A model generated the notes under the pieces. The model made no database searches and was not told the DNA's origin. It worked only from the letters and a program-made list of their open reading frames with translations. From an uncultured Nitrososphaerales archaeon (GTDB lineage: Archaea; Thermoproteota; Nitrososphaeria; Nitrososphaerales; Nitrososphaeraceae): a stretch of DNA of 64,000 nt. Location: NCBI GenBank assembly GCA_963709405.1, contig CAVPXM010000061.1, forward strand, positions 1 to 64,000. The letters are read 5' to 3'. Shown piece by piece: positions 11,690 through 22,294 of this stretch. Position 1 is the first letter of the stretch. Each line of letters begins with the position of its first letter. The translations under genes were made by a program, and so were the position numbers.

Positions 11690-12676
11690 TTATAGTTCTC
11701 TCCTTACCTTCCAAGAAATCAATTGTACAATATGAACCTCATTAATGGTACTCGTAATGAGTTTATGTATTAGTAATGTTTGCACACAACGGCTTTGTAG
11801 AAACCATGTGATTATTGTAAGGTTAGTTAATCTGTGGGTATTGTAGGCTATACATCTGAATGATAATTCCCTGTTTTGTGTTCTCACTAGTCTTGACGTA
11901 ATGTGCTCTCCAAATAATCTTTTTATGACTGATATTATGGATTCATCCTTGTTTCTGTGATTGTAAAGCACCCTACAATAGCCACGTTTCATTTGCTTTC
12001 TGTATCTCCCATGTGTCTTCCATATTGGTACATGTTCATATCTTGCAGGTATTACACTGAAAGCATGGAGTTCTTCTCTGACTAAAAGATGATTATCTTC
12101 ACTATCATATCCTTTATCAGCTGTAACTACAGATAATGGAAGGATATCTGATGTCCTTGTTATAATTGGTCTGAAATCTATATTATCATGTCTTGTAGGA
12201 GCTCGTCTTATCTTAATCGAACATATGATTTGTTGTAATACATCGGCTCCAATAGATAATTTCGCATATTTTCTTCTCAACCCTGTTCGTTCAGTATAAT
12301 ACTGTGAAGCATGAGTTATCCTGAATCCTGTAGAATCTATTCCTACAAAGATATGCTTGGTACCGCTAATTACAATGAATGACGAAATTATCTTTTCAAG
12401 CAATGCATTGTTAATTCTTTCTGTAAATTTCTGCAATGTTGTAAAATGAGGAATACGTGATAATCCTAAAAATAATCTAAGGTAATAGGCTTCGATTAAC
12501 CACTCGACAAACATCCTATAACTCTTACCTTCGTACTGTCTTATTGTGAGCAATACTAAATGCTGCCACATCGTAAAGACATGGTTACTCTTCCTGTGAA
12601 GAAACAATGGTATCCTTGAATTTCTCAAAACACGGTACATAGTATTTGCAAGCCTAACATATCTTGATTCTTTCAA
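11690..12676 (-). CDS. IS5-family DDE transposase
   Basis: IPHFTTLQKF, GIDSTG, ADKGYDS, YNHRNKDES motifs. Confidence 0.92.
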   Translation of the reverse strand: MKESRYVRLANTMYRVLRNSRIPLFLHRKSNHVFTMWQHLVLLTIRQYEGKSYRMFVEWLIEAYYLRLFLGLSRIPHFTTLQKFTERINNALLEKIISSFIVISGTKHIFVGIDSTGFRITHASQYYTERTGLRRKYAKLSIGADVLQQIICSIKIRRAPTRHDNIDFRPIITRTSDILPLSVVTADKGYDSEDNHLLVREELHAFSVIPARYEHVPIWKTHGRYRKQMKRGYCRVLYNHRNKDESIISVIKRLFGEHITSRLVRTQNRELSFRCIAYNTHRLTNLTIITWFLQSRCVQTLLIHKLITSTINEVHIVQLISWKVRREL

Positions 12677-12741
12677 CGTCCATATTGCATTGTGCTCCTA
12701 CAAAGCTCTAACGGTGTTCAAAATATGGTTTCTACAGAGCC
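11791..12741 (-). mobile_element. IS5-family insertion sequence, apparently intact
   Basis: 17-bp TIRs GGCT(T/C)TGTAGAAACCAT. Perfect 9-bp TSD GCACACAAC at 11782-11790 and 12742-12750. Confidence 0.95.
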
Positions 12742-12807
12742 GCACACAACCGAAGTTTTTGGCGTATTTGAAAGCAATAATATTTAATTCGATTTTTATT
12801 AGATCTA

Positions 12808-13038
12808 ATGTCAAACATTAAATCACAGTTTGGAATTGTCCTTGCGGCTGCTACTGCAATAATTTTTACAGTGTTAGTAGCATCGTCAGTAATTCCTACC
12901 TATGCTGCAGACGGAAACTTATCCGGTTCTGCCAGCAACAACACGTCAGGGTCTCCTTTGGGTGGAGGTAATGCTACTAACGCCACCAGTTCAACAGGTT
13001 CAACTACAAACAGTATTGGCAATTCAACATCTAAATGA
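12808..13038 (+). CDS. Small secreted Ser/Thr/Asn-rich protein
   Basis: Signal peptide followed by a low-complexity tail with NxS/T sequons. Confidence 0.6.
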   Translation: MSNIKSQFGIVLAAATAIIFTVLVASSVIPTYAADGNLSGSASNNTSGSPLGGGNATNATSSTGSTTNSIGNSTSK

Positions 13039-13318
13039 CGTGGTCAATGAGGGAGTAGAAGCACAAAAAGACTAGAGATGTATTATTGCATGACTGAACT
13101 GGATAAAATAGTTGCTCCCATAGAGATAAGGATGGTGTACAAATGCTATTCAAATCAAAGGGCAGTGGTAAAGAGTATTACTTATCAGATGCAGATAATA
13201 TCAATGAGGGCAAATTTGTTACAACAGATCATAATAATGCAGAGAAAAAGACTGAAGGTAATTTAACTTTCTGGAGAGTTTCAGCTAGGGATGTTCATTA
13301 TAGTGATCATTCTATTGG

Positions 13319-13621
13319 TTAGGCAGCGGGACTAGACAACATGTCTTCTTCTGTATCATTAGTATCATCAGTGTCAGCAGGTGGAGGAGCAGTAGTATCT
13401 ATCTCTTCTCCTTCTATCGCATCTCCCATCAAGGGTAACAAGTGAGACTGACGTCGCACAGCAGTGAAGCGCAGGAACGCAACGTCGGACGATATTGTAG
13501 TCTCACTAACGTTAAGGGACTTGGCGATGTCGGACTGTGGTGCACCCGTCGACAGCATCCGTTGCACTCTTTCCCGACGTAGGTTAATTAAGTACTGTTC
13601 CTGTTGTGTAGGATTTAACAC
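13319..13621 (-). CDS. HTH-domain protein, possibly a fragment
   Basis: RRERVQRMLSTGAPQSDIAKSLNVSETTISSDVAFLR. Confidence 0.55.
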   Translation of the reverse strand: MLNPTQQEQYLINLRRERVQRMLSTGAPQSDIAKSLNVSETTISSDVAFLRFTAVRRQSHLLPLMGDAIEGEEIDTTAPPPADTDDTNDTEEDMLSSPAA

Positions 13622-13629
13622 GGATAAAT

Positions 13630-13876
13630 ACTTCTGTCACGATTTTCTATGTGCTCGGGAACATATTCACCTGCACAGTGATAGTCTGCATTCAGAGACA
13701 AGCTTTTTGATATCAGCCAAAGTCGTCTTGGATTCATCGTATTCGACTGTAGCTGTGCCACTGAGGAAATTAGCTTCAATGTGTCGTATTCCGGGATGAG
13801 TCAAAAGTCGTTTTTCAACTCCTAGCCCGTCACATATTGACATCATGCCATCGATACTTACGGTAACTGTCTTCAT
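13630..13876 (-). pseudogene. Heavy-metal-associated (HMA) domain, likely the N-terminus of a truncated P1B-type ATPase
   Basis: TVSIDGM...GVEKRL...GTATVEYDESKTT, with YHCAGE in a shifted frame. Confidence 0.6.
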
Positions 13877-14042
13877 GATCTCACCTGTACATTATAGTAC
13901 TGTAAATTGTCAGTTGGCAACTATGGAATTCCATACCGAGATACCTATCCGATGACCATATTTCACCTGGCTACATGTTTTCCAATTTTGACCTGCGTAT
14001 ATAAAATACTTAAGAGGAATGTTTGCACTACGACGCACTCAC

Positions 14043-14186
14043 TCAATATCCATACTTTTTTGGATTTTCTTCAAATCGATTTTTGCACCCAGTAGAACAT
14101 AAATAGACCTTTTTTCCTGCCACTGCTGAAATATGCTGTGCCTTGCTTTCATCAACCATCATTCCAGATACAGGATCTTTTACCAT
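14043..14186 (-). CDS. YHS-domain small protein
   Basis: MVKDPVSGMMVDESKA...VYLCSTGCKNRFEENPKKY (first Cys replaced by Ser). Confidence 0.8.
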   Translation of the reverse strand: MVKDPVSGMMVDESKAQHISAVAGKKVYLCSTGCKNRFEENPKKYGY

Positions 14187-14985
14187 ATTGTATATCTACT
14201 AGTCCTTTTAAGTATACACTTAGATAAAGATAATGGGTCTACAAATATACTTAAAGTTTAGCTCTATGCATTTTCAAATACTCATGAATTAATAATATGA
14301 GATAATTGTAGCCCAATATGATGAGATGGTGGTTGTTGCAGCGGTAGTATATCCAAAGGGTCCTGGAACTGAATCACGTGTCTCTGTTAGCAGTTCTGCA
14401 TATAAAGACAAGCCGGTTGCATTCGACCAGCCCAAAAAATAGATGGTTCGCTAACCTAGGTTCCATTATACTCGTGACAAGTAACATTACTGTCACCAGC
14501 AAATATTAGGTGTGTATGTGTATCCCAAGTCCTAATGTTGCTCCAATAGCCAGAGCAATTGCAAGTCCTATAGCAATTTCTGTTGTCTTTACACGGAATT
14601 CTAGTATATTCAGGATTTTCTGTTTTAACATGCAGATAAGATTTTTACATCTTGCTCCTATGTTAAGGACTTCTATACACCGATGTATAAAAATAATAAA
14701 CGCTTTTTACTAAAATGACAATAGATCTTTTCCTATTACAAACCATGTTCGTTCCACTGATAGCAGGTATGAAGACGATTTTAAAGTTAGAGATATTAGT
14801 GTGATGAAAAGGGATATCTTATATAATTTCTCGGAGGGTATAGGCAATTATTTTATGCCTTTGGATAACTTCTTCATCTTCTACTCTTCCAAATTTAGGA
14901 TAATATCTGCACTCTGAAATACATTTACCGTTATTGCATCCTTGTCCATCATAGCCGTTATTATGACGCATATACCACTTGATTC

Positions 14986-15576
14986 ATGGAAATACCATGC
15001 TTTTTTAGATATATGGCTTCTTCTGCTGTTATAGTCGATGCATCTGGTCTTACTATAACAAAGAAAGGAGATTACATAGAACAAAAATGGATAAGGAAGA
15101 AAAAAGAGTTTGTCAAGCTGCATATTGCAGTCGATGCTAAATCAGAGAAGATCATATCATTCAGAATAACTAAAGGCAATATTCATGACTCCAAAAAGTT
15201 TAGTTCTATGATAAGAGAGATAACTAAGGTATATGATATTGACAAGGTATACGGGGATAAGGCTCATGATAATAGAGGGAGTTTTAACTTGTTAGATGAT
15301 TTGAATATAGAACCTGCAATAAGTATTAGAAAAAATGCATCTGCAATCAGAACTAATGGATGTCCACTACGAAGAGATGAAGTCTTGCTAATCAAAAAAG
15401 TAGGATATGCTGGATGGAAACAACTAAAAGATGCAGGTAGAAGATGGATTGCAGAGATAGTGTTCTCTTCAATCAAAAGAGTATTAGGTGAAGATCTACT
15501 TTCAAAGAAATTTAGAGCACAGAAAGTAGAAGCAGGATTGAAAGTAATGCTTTACAATAAATTCATCAGTCTATAA
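14986..15576 (+). pseudogene. IS5-family transposase, 5'-truncated
   Basis: IVDASG, KLHIAVD, YGDKAHD, RWIAEIVFS motifs. Confidence 0.85.
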
Positions 15577-16040
15577 GCTGTAATAAGACTTCAGAACGGA
15601 CACTATTCTATAATTACCTTAGAATTGAGCTACAATGTACTACCGACCATATCAATTTTGACTATCAAGAACATCCAAAATTTGAGTTATCTATACATAA
15701 CGATATAGTTCCTCGTTTATTTCTATCCTGTTCTTAATCAAGAGCCTTAAATACACGCTGTCTTCGAATCTAGATAAATGACAAACTATTGCATAGCATT
15801 ACCTTATCTTCAAGGAGGAACAGATCACCGTTGCTGATTAACACATAGTTCTCTAATTGGAAGTAAATAATTGCATTTGTTATTATTAGCATTTACATAT
15901 TGATAGAAATATCCATTTACTTGCACTACTTTGGATTTGTAGGTACTCATAATAATATAACCACCTTACCCACGTGTTTTTTATACATGTATCTAGTATA
16001 CAAAATGAAGCATCCAAAATAACAAAAAATATAATTAATC

Positions 16041-17237
16041 GAGGCTTGGACATAATTCTAGATTCGTATTTGGCAATGTCTATTGATGAATTAGGATAAA
16101 GCTATCCTTTGAGTGTTTGAATTTGTGATGAAACATAATCAAGCATTCCCAAAGGATAGTATATGGTAGTAAATCTGAATCCATACTTTTTGGTATTTTG
16201 TATTTGATAGGATTGATATCATGGTCAGAACCAGAAAAGATGAAAAGAAGGGGAAGGGGCAGACCGTATGTCTATTCACCTAGCATAATTCTGAGATGTT
16301 TCATAATAAGACTATGGTTTAGACTGGATTCTAACAATGCATTACATAAATTCCTAGAATTGGATTATCCTTACAATAAGAAGATATTAAAAAGATGTGG
16401 TCTGAGCCAAATACCAGATAGACGAACATTTGACAGACGTCTTAAGACCATATCCATAGACATCAAGGAAAGGATTGCTGTGATGACCAGTCTGTTCTTA
16501 TCTGAAAGGATGATAGACCCATACATTGTTGCAATAGATAGCACTTTGCTCAAAGCCAAAGGATCTGTTTGGCACAAATCATCTATGATCAAAGGTATAG
16601 TACCACGTTCTGGCATAGATACTGACGCAAGATGGGGATTCAGCCATACTAAAGGATGGATATTTGGTTACAAACTACATATGATATCAAGTACTGGTTT
16701 GACTATAGTACCATTAGCAGCTGATTTTACAACTGGCAACATACAGGATAACCAGATGTACAATCCAATGACATCATCGATGACTACAACTACTACCATA
16801 ACAAAAGAAAAAATATGTTACATGATAGGCGATTCTGGTTATGACGATCAAAAACTATATGATCTTAGCATAAACAGAGGATTTGAACTGATATGTCCAG
16901 TACAGAGATATGAACATACTCCTGCTGACAGACTAGAGCTAATCCAATTCTATGAATCTGAGTTAGGACAGGCTATATACTCTTGGAGAAGTAAATCAAT
17001 AGAACCATTAATAGAGCATATTAAATCTGTTTTCAGAATAGACCCATTACCGGTAAGAGGATATCAGATGGCTGCCGGAATAGTACTTCTGTCAGTACTA
17101 CTGTATCAAATCCTTGTCTACTACAATTATAAAACCGGACGTAGTCAACGACCAAAAGCAATCAAACACATGTTATGTAGTTAATGCATCACTAAATGAT
17201 AGGTGAAAAATGTAGAATTGAATTATGCCCATGTCTC
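16041..17237 (+). mobile_element. Insertion sequence with a DDE_Tnp_1-type transposase (IS4/IS5 superfamily)
   Basis: 18-bp TIRs GAGGCTTGGACATAATTC / GAGACATGGGCATAATTC. 8-bp TSD AATTAATC at 16033-16040 and 17238-17245. Confidence 0.92.
16198..17184 (+). CDS. DDE transposase
   Basis: IPDRRTFDRR, AIDST, DARWG...FGYKLH, GDSGYD, RSKSIEP. Start codon uncertain. Confidence 0.9.
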   Translation: MYLIGLISWSEPEKMKRRGRGRPYVYSPSIILRCFIIRLWFRLDSNNALHKFLELDYPYNKKILKRCGLSQIPDRRTFDRRLKTISIDIKERIAVMTSLFLSERMIDPYIVAIDSTLLKAKGSVWHKSSMIKGIVPRSGIDTDARWGFSHTKGWIFGYKLHMISSTGLTIVPLAADFTTGNIQDNQMYNPMTSSMTTTTTITKEKICYMIGDSGYDDQKLYDLSINRGFELICPVQRYEHTPADRLELIQFYESELGQAIYSWRSKSIEPLIEHIKSVFRIDPLPVRGYQMAAGIVLLSVLLYQILVYYNYKTGRSQRPKAIKHMLCS

Positions 17238-17384
17238 AATTAATCAGTATATAAAATAAGGTGGTTTTAGGTGTTAAGGTGGTTTAACATTATTTTTGTG
17301 CTCAAGAATGGACGATTGTTATCAATATATGTAGATCAAAGAGGGAAACCATAATGCTTATTATTATGGTTATTATATATAATA

Positions 17385-18476
17385 ATGATCCATGGAGTTA
17401 CGACAGAAAAAAATTGGCTAAGTGTAGGTGCTAGTATCAGGACAAATGAAGTAGATCTCTTCAATAAACAATTAGATAGCCTACAGTGCAACACTCTAAA
17501 AGACCTTTGTAACTTACTAATAGCCGGAAAATTGAGAAGGTTGACCGATGACGAACAAGTACAAGTTTTGAAAGTACAAACACAGACAACGGGATTGCTG
17601 ACTGCTCAAATAAGCGAAAAATTCGATTTTTGGAAGCAAATAGATGATGAGGACTTACACAAATGGTTACTAAGCAAGTATCATACTCATACTGCAAACT
17701 GTTACCATAGCTACTATGTAAGATATGTTGATTATTTTTTTAGCTCAAGTCCAGATGTCCACCTACTTAAACTACCAAACCATAAGAGGTCATGGATATT
17801 ACAAGCAATAAAGCGATTCGGGGATTATTATGTCAGTAGATATGGAAACAAAGAAGTAAAATATCTGATTGCAAGAATAATTGAGCGATATGGACTCAAT
17901 AGAGATCTAGATCAAAAGGACCGAATCTATTTAGTGAGCCCACAATTTGTTGAAGAGAAAATAAAAGAGATTCTAGAAATACCCGGTGATATTGGCTTCA
18001 CTTGTAGACTTGGACTCTTTTCAGGGTTGCGAGAAGGAGAATTAATTTACATCAAAGAAAAACCAATATGTAATCAATCATTTGGCTGTCAGTGTGAAAA
18101 GTTACATCTTGCAAACTGCAAAAACGGTCTGTCAGTTATTGCTATAAATTGGACAAGAGGCAACAAAAAAGCCTTAGCTACCATATTGCCAACAAACTAT
18201 TGGGAAAAATTGCGTAATATGTCAAAGTTTGATATGTATGATATACAGGCAGCACATAGAATTACAAAAAGAGAAGCAAATATAGCTTATATTGTATTGA
18301 GGAAAATACATTATAATGTCATAAGATTTAACAACGCTTTAGAACTAGATGAGGCAGAAGTTTTGGCAGGGCGTTTTAGATCAGTAAGTGCACGGCATTA
18401 TGTATTAAATGATCCAGAAAAACTATCAGGAAAATATATTTTGGCTTGGCAAAATTTCGGGGTAAATAGGTTCTAA
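17385..18476 (+). CDS. Tyrosine recombinase/integrase, archaeal SSV1-like
   Basis: Catalytic pattern FSGLREGE (R), KK, LRK, LAGR...SARHY (Y). Confidence 0.8.
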   Translation: MIHGVTTEKNWLSVGASIRTNEVDLFNKQLDSLQCNTLKDLCNLLIAGKLRRLTDDEQVQVLKVQTQTTGLLTAQISEKFDFWKQIDDEDLHKWLLSKYHTHTANCYHSYYVRYVDYFFSSSPDVHLLKLPNHKRSWILQAIKRFGDYYVSRYGNKEVKYLIARIIERYGLNRDLDQKDRIYLVSPQFVEEKIKEILEIPGDIGFTCRLGLFSGLREGELIYIKEKPICNQSFGCQCEKLHLANCKNGLSVIAINWTRGNKKALATILPTNYWEKLRNMSKFDMYDIQAAHRITKREANIAYIVLRKIHYNVIRFNNALELDEAEVLAGRFRSVSARHYVLNDPEKLSGKYILAWQNFGVNRF

Positions 18477-18557
18477 AGAACATCATGTAATATAACAAAA
18501 ACATCAAAAAAGATATCCATCTAGCTTATTCTCATTCTAACCTATTCTTTAAATCTA

Positions 18558-18962
18558 ATGAGAATATTATTTTTTCGTGTATACATGAAAAAAGTTGCTG
18601 AAACTGAAGGTGAGGGTTATATTTGGGAGAAAATTGCCAAAAATTATGATTTTATAGATGGAGCTCAAATATCAAATAGCTTTATTGTCTTAATGGCCTT
18701 AAACAATTCAAAAGAATCATTGAGCACAACTCAAATATCAGAAAAAATAGCTGTTCAAACTAAAGGAAAAATATACAAAGTATCCGGAGCTTTAAGGGAT
18801 TCGTTAGAAAATAGACTTAGAAGATCAGGATATGTTGAAGGTAAAGATATCCCCAACATTAAAACAAATCATAAACCTATCAGGATGACATTGTACTCAA
18901 TGACTCCAAAGGGTAAAAGATTGTTAAACGGTTGGATTGCTTTCATTAATGAAGTAGAATGA
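18558..18962 (+). CDS. Winged-helix (PadR-like) transcriptional regulator
   Basis: LSTTQISEKI...RLRRSGYVEG...LYSMTPKGKRLL. Confidence 0.7.
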   Translation: MRILFFRVYMKKVAETEGEGYIWEKIAKNYDFIDGAQISNSFIVLMALNNSKESLSTTQISEKIAVQTKGKIYKVSGALRDSLENRLRRSGYVEGKDIPNIKTNHKPIRMTLYSMTPKGKRLLNGWIAFINEVE

Positions 18963-19286
18963 ATATCTTGATACAAGTATTATAGAGACCATTAACCTAT
19001 GGTGAGGTGAGGGTTTGCTATTAGTAGGATGAAGAGGAACAAAAACCTTGAAAAATCCGATCCAGAAACCAAAAGATATGGACATCAATTGCAAAAATTA
19101 TCCGATGATATATCAAATCACGAATATCAAATCCCACTGACCGCATTTGAACCATTACCATAGAACACGGATAACTCGTCCTTATGTAACACAATTGAAG
19201 CCCTAACCGTAATAACTGATCTTGAATTTGTTGTTATTCAATAGATAAGAGAAAGAAAGATACTATCTCGGTATTAATAAGAAATA

Positions 19287-19810
19287 CTATGGATTAAGAA
19301 ATTTCGTGATTTCTTCGATAGTGCCATCATCATTGGGTAATACTGTATGCATATTAGAAATAGACTTGGAGTTCTTATATGCAGGCGAGTCCGACATAGA
19401 ACCCATTGCACTTTCTGTAACTACAAGAGTATCTCCATGCTGATTAAAATCAAAAGGGGGGCTGAAATGAAATGAAGTATTCCCTATCCAAGTTTTTGTC
19501 TTCAATGAACTTAGTCAACATTTGCCCAGAAATTTCATTTGACTGTCTCCAGTCGTAAGGAAAAGCCCAGAAATTCTTCTCCATCTCATAACCCATTCCT
19601 ATTATAGCACTTATCAGGAATTCACATGCAGTTGGGAATAGACTATGTGCCTCTACTGGAACCTTTTCATCTATACTTGTTCGAACCTTGGTACTAAGAT
19701 TAGTGAACACATCATCAGCGGTCTGGAGTGGTCTTGGGGGCCAAATAGTAACAAAGCCTATAGCAAGGCTTGATTCCAGTATTCCAGGAACATGGGAGAG
19801 GATGAAGTAA
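19287..19810 (-). pseudogene. LCAT/lipase-acyltransferase remnant
   Basis: VPGILES, FWAFPYDWRQS, HTVLPND. Internally deleted. Confidence 0.55.
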
Positions 19811-20031
19811 TTTAATGTTTAAGCCTAACCATATATTGTAGAGTCCTGTTACCTTAAGCGTTTATCACTCCCCTTGTTATCCATACTAACGAAAAGGGTC
19901 AACCAATTTTGTACATGTTTTAGTTGCCATAGTTCATATATCTAACCATGTTCAGATTTGGTCGTAGGATGACGTATGCACAAGTAATTCCCATTTAGGT
20001 CTATTTTTTTGGTTTTCAGTGAACTTCTCTA

Positions 20032-20570
20032 TTGCTTTGGCTAGTAACGGCACATATTCTGAAAAATCGAGATCATCAAGTAAAGCAATATATTCATGAT
20101 GACAAAAGACGAGCAAATAACCCTCCAGTGGGGCTTGTTACGGCGGAAACTGACAGTTTGAACGGAAAAAAGACATACAAATTTGATCCCCATCTTGATC
20201 CTCAGCTTCAATGGGCTGGAAAGGTGGAGGGAATAAGTTTTGACGTTGATACAGTATCTTTACATGTTCATCAAAGGATAGATCCATTAACTATTATAGA
20301 AGCAGTAAAACAGAAAGGATTGCAAGAGCAACAAACTCTAGTTCGTTATTTTGAATCTTCAGAAAATAACCCCTCCGATCAGAGAAGCGATTGAATTCTA
20401 CAAACATTCCCTCGGATGGTCTAACAGATTGGTTGCTGGAGATTCTTTGATTGTTATGAATTCTCTTTTAGAGAAGGAAGGTTTAGCTGAAAAGGTGCAG
20501 ATGATTTACGTAGATCCTCCATATGGGATTAAGTATGGCTCTAATTTCCAACCATTTGTAAACAAGCGGG
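20032..20570 (+). pseudogene. Site-specific DNA methyltransferase (N6-adenine, Mod-like) N-terminal fragment
   Basis: DPHLDPQLQWAGK, NRLVAGDSL, QMIYVDPPYGIKYGSNFQ. Frameshifted and truncated. Confidence 0.8.
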
Positions 20571-20574
20571 CGCT

Positions 20575-20895
20575 TTTGCTTTTGCGAAATTCTTGGATGC
20601 AGATCTTAACTTTTACGGTATTAAAAGGAAGGATCAGATCATAGCTTTTCTTGACACAAAAATAAAAAATTCGGACCTGGATCCTGATAGCAAATGGATT
20701 ACTACTTGGAATGATTACCTTGGGGGTATTAAATATTTTCTAAGGTGGTTGTACAATGGTAAAATACCCAAAGAAAAGAACGATGATGCTGTTGTCCAAC
20801 AACCATCTGAACGGGAAACACCAACTATAGCAGCAATAAAGAAAAAGAAGACAAAAAGGCTGTCCATATTCAGAATCACAGATATGGGAACGTGA
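20575..20895 (+). pseudogene. Fragment of the N-terminal region of a thaumarchaeal-type tyrosine recombinase
   Basis: IIAFLDTKIK...KWITTWNDYLGGIKYFLRWLYN...KKTKRLS. Confidence 0.55.
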
Positions 20896-20937
20896 GCTGC
20901 AGGCCCTCTTGATTGAAGTAAATACTATCTCTGCAAT

Positions 20938-21105
20938 CTAACTTCTTCCAGCATCTTTTAGCTGCTTCCATCCATTATATCCTCGCTTTCTGATAAGCAA
21001 CACTTCACCTCTTCTTAATGGACATCCTTCGATTCCGATAAAAGATGCATTATTTCTAAAATTTATAACAGGTTCTATATTCAAGTCATCTAACAAGTTA
21101 TAGTA
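20938..21105 (-). pseudogene. IS5 transposase remnant related to 14986..15576
   Basis: NLLDDLNIEP...GCPLRR.EV...GWKQLKDAGR is shared between the two. Confidence 0.85.
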
Positions 21106-21128
21106 GTTAGTAATAGCATAAGAGGAAA

Positions 21129-21431
21129 TCAAAGCCACTCCTTATAAGCTGCCAAATACTTGGAATATTTCCTATCAAGTATTGTTACTGTTTCGGCAGC
21201 CACTTTGAATTCATCAGTGTGTAATCTAACCACTGCTAGAACACACAAGCCACTTTTACCTACATCGAAACCGGTCAACAAAAGCTCCTTTTGGTCAATC
21301 CTGCATTTGCAGGGAAGTTCTATTACACTCTGGAGATACTCGCACCAGCACGCCATCTGTTCGTACTCCCCATAACAGTCAGTTGTCGCATCCTCAGCTA
21401 TCCTTTCTAATTCTCGTTTCGAACCTCTCAA
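21129..21431 (-). CDS. CcbP-like (calcium-binding family) protein
   Basis: EDATTDCYGEYEQMACWCEYLQSVIELPC...LAAYKEW. Confidence 0.55.
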   Translation of the reverse strand: MRGSKRELERIAEDATTDCYGEYEQMACWCEYLQSVIELPCKCRIDQKELLLTGFDVGKSGLCVLAVVRLHTDEFKVAAETVTILDRKYSKYLAAYKEWL

Positions 21432-21751
21432 GTCAGCTAGATATTTTATGAAGGTGAGCTTTAAAAACTTGAATCCTTCACGCTCCTAATTTGACTTCTA
21501 AGCAGTCAGAATAGCAAAATCTGTATAGTATGCTAGAATTTCGCACGCATATTTAATGGCTCCTTAAATATGGAACTAAAGATTATGAGGATGCGTTAAC
21601 AGTTAAAGGAATAGTCCATATCACATGATTCTCGGTTTGGTCCTTCAAGACGTTGGTATCTACCCTTCGTCATCTATAGTTTATACAATCAACTTAGCAG
21701 CTAATATTTTCCTTCTCTTTTAATTGGTATTATGTGTCCATACGTAAACTT

Positions 21752-21965
21752 GGTGTTTGTAATCAACTGTCAAAAATATCTGAACCAACATTAGCCATAA
21801 CTGGAACTGAAGACGTTTCTGTGCCTGCGGCTAATTCATTAATAATGGTGTAAGATATTCCTGGCAGCATGACTTGTACAGACAAATGGAGGTAGACATG
21901 GATTAATGTATCAGTGTCCAGAACATTTCAGTAACGTCGTAAACACCTTTTTAGAAAGTGGTTGA
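21752..21965 (+). pseudogene. Alpha/beta hydrolase C-terminal fragment
   Basis: LSKISEPTLAITGTEDVSVPAANS...GGRHGLMYQCPEHF with a stop and frameshift. Confidence 0.6.
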
Positions 21966-22049
21966 TCGATTAGACCTCATCGAAAGACTTCTTTCTAATT
22001 GACCTATATAGGTTCTCCAGTCTTTTTTTAACTATGCAAATTGGTATTA

Positions 22050-22240
22050 TTGTGACCATATTGATATTACAAGTATCATGCAAATCAATCGAAGACTCAT
22101 TAGACCAGCCTACGATTGACCTACGATCGGGAAGCATTAAACTTGGATATACTTCAAGAGGTTCATCCGAGGTACCAATTATGATAAGTTTTCCATTGAT
22201 ACTAAACCCACCTAATACCGCACTCATTGCTTTCCCTAGA
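22050..22240 (-). pseudogene. Zn-dependent alcohol dehydrogenase internal fragment
   Basis: GKAMSAVLGGFSINGKLIIIG...RSIVGW. Confidence 0.6.
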
Positions 22241-22294
22241 GGTTTGCAAGAATGATCTTCGCGCCAAGTATGGTAAGGTCTTCGACAACATTTA

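Noticed and set aside
21880-21930. PIN-domain start VLDTDTLIH on the minus strand
   Set aside because: Better explained as the antisense of a hydrolase fragment on the plus strand.
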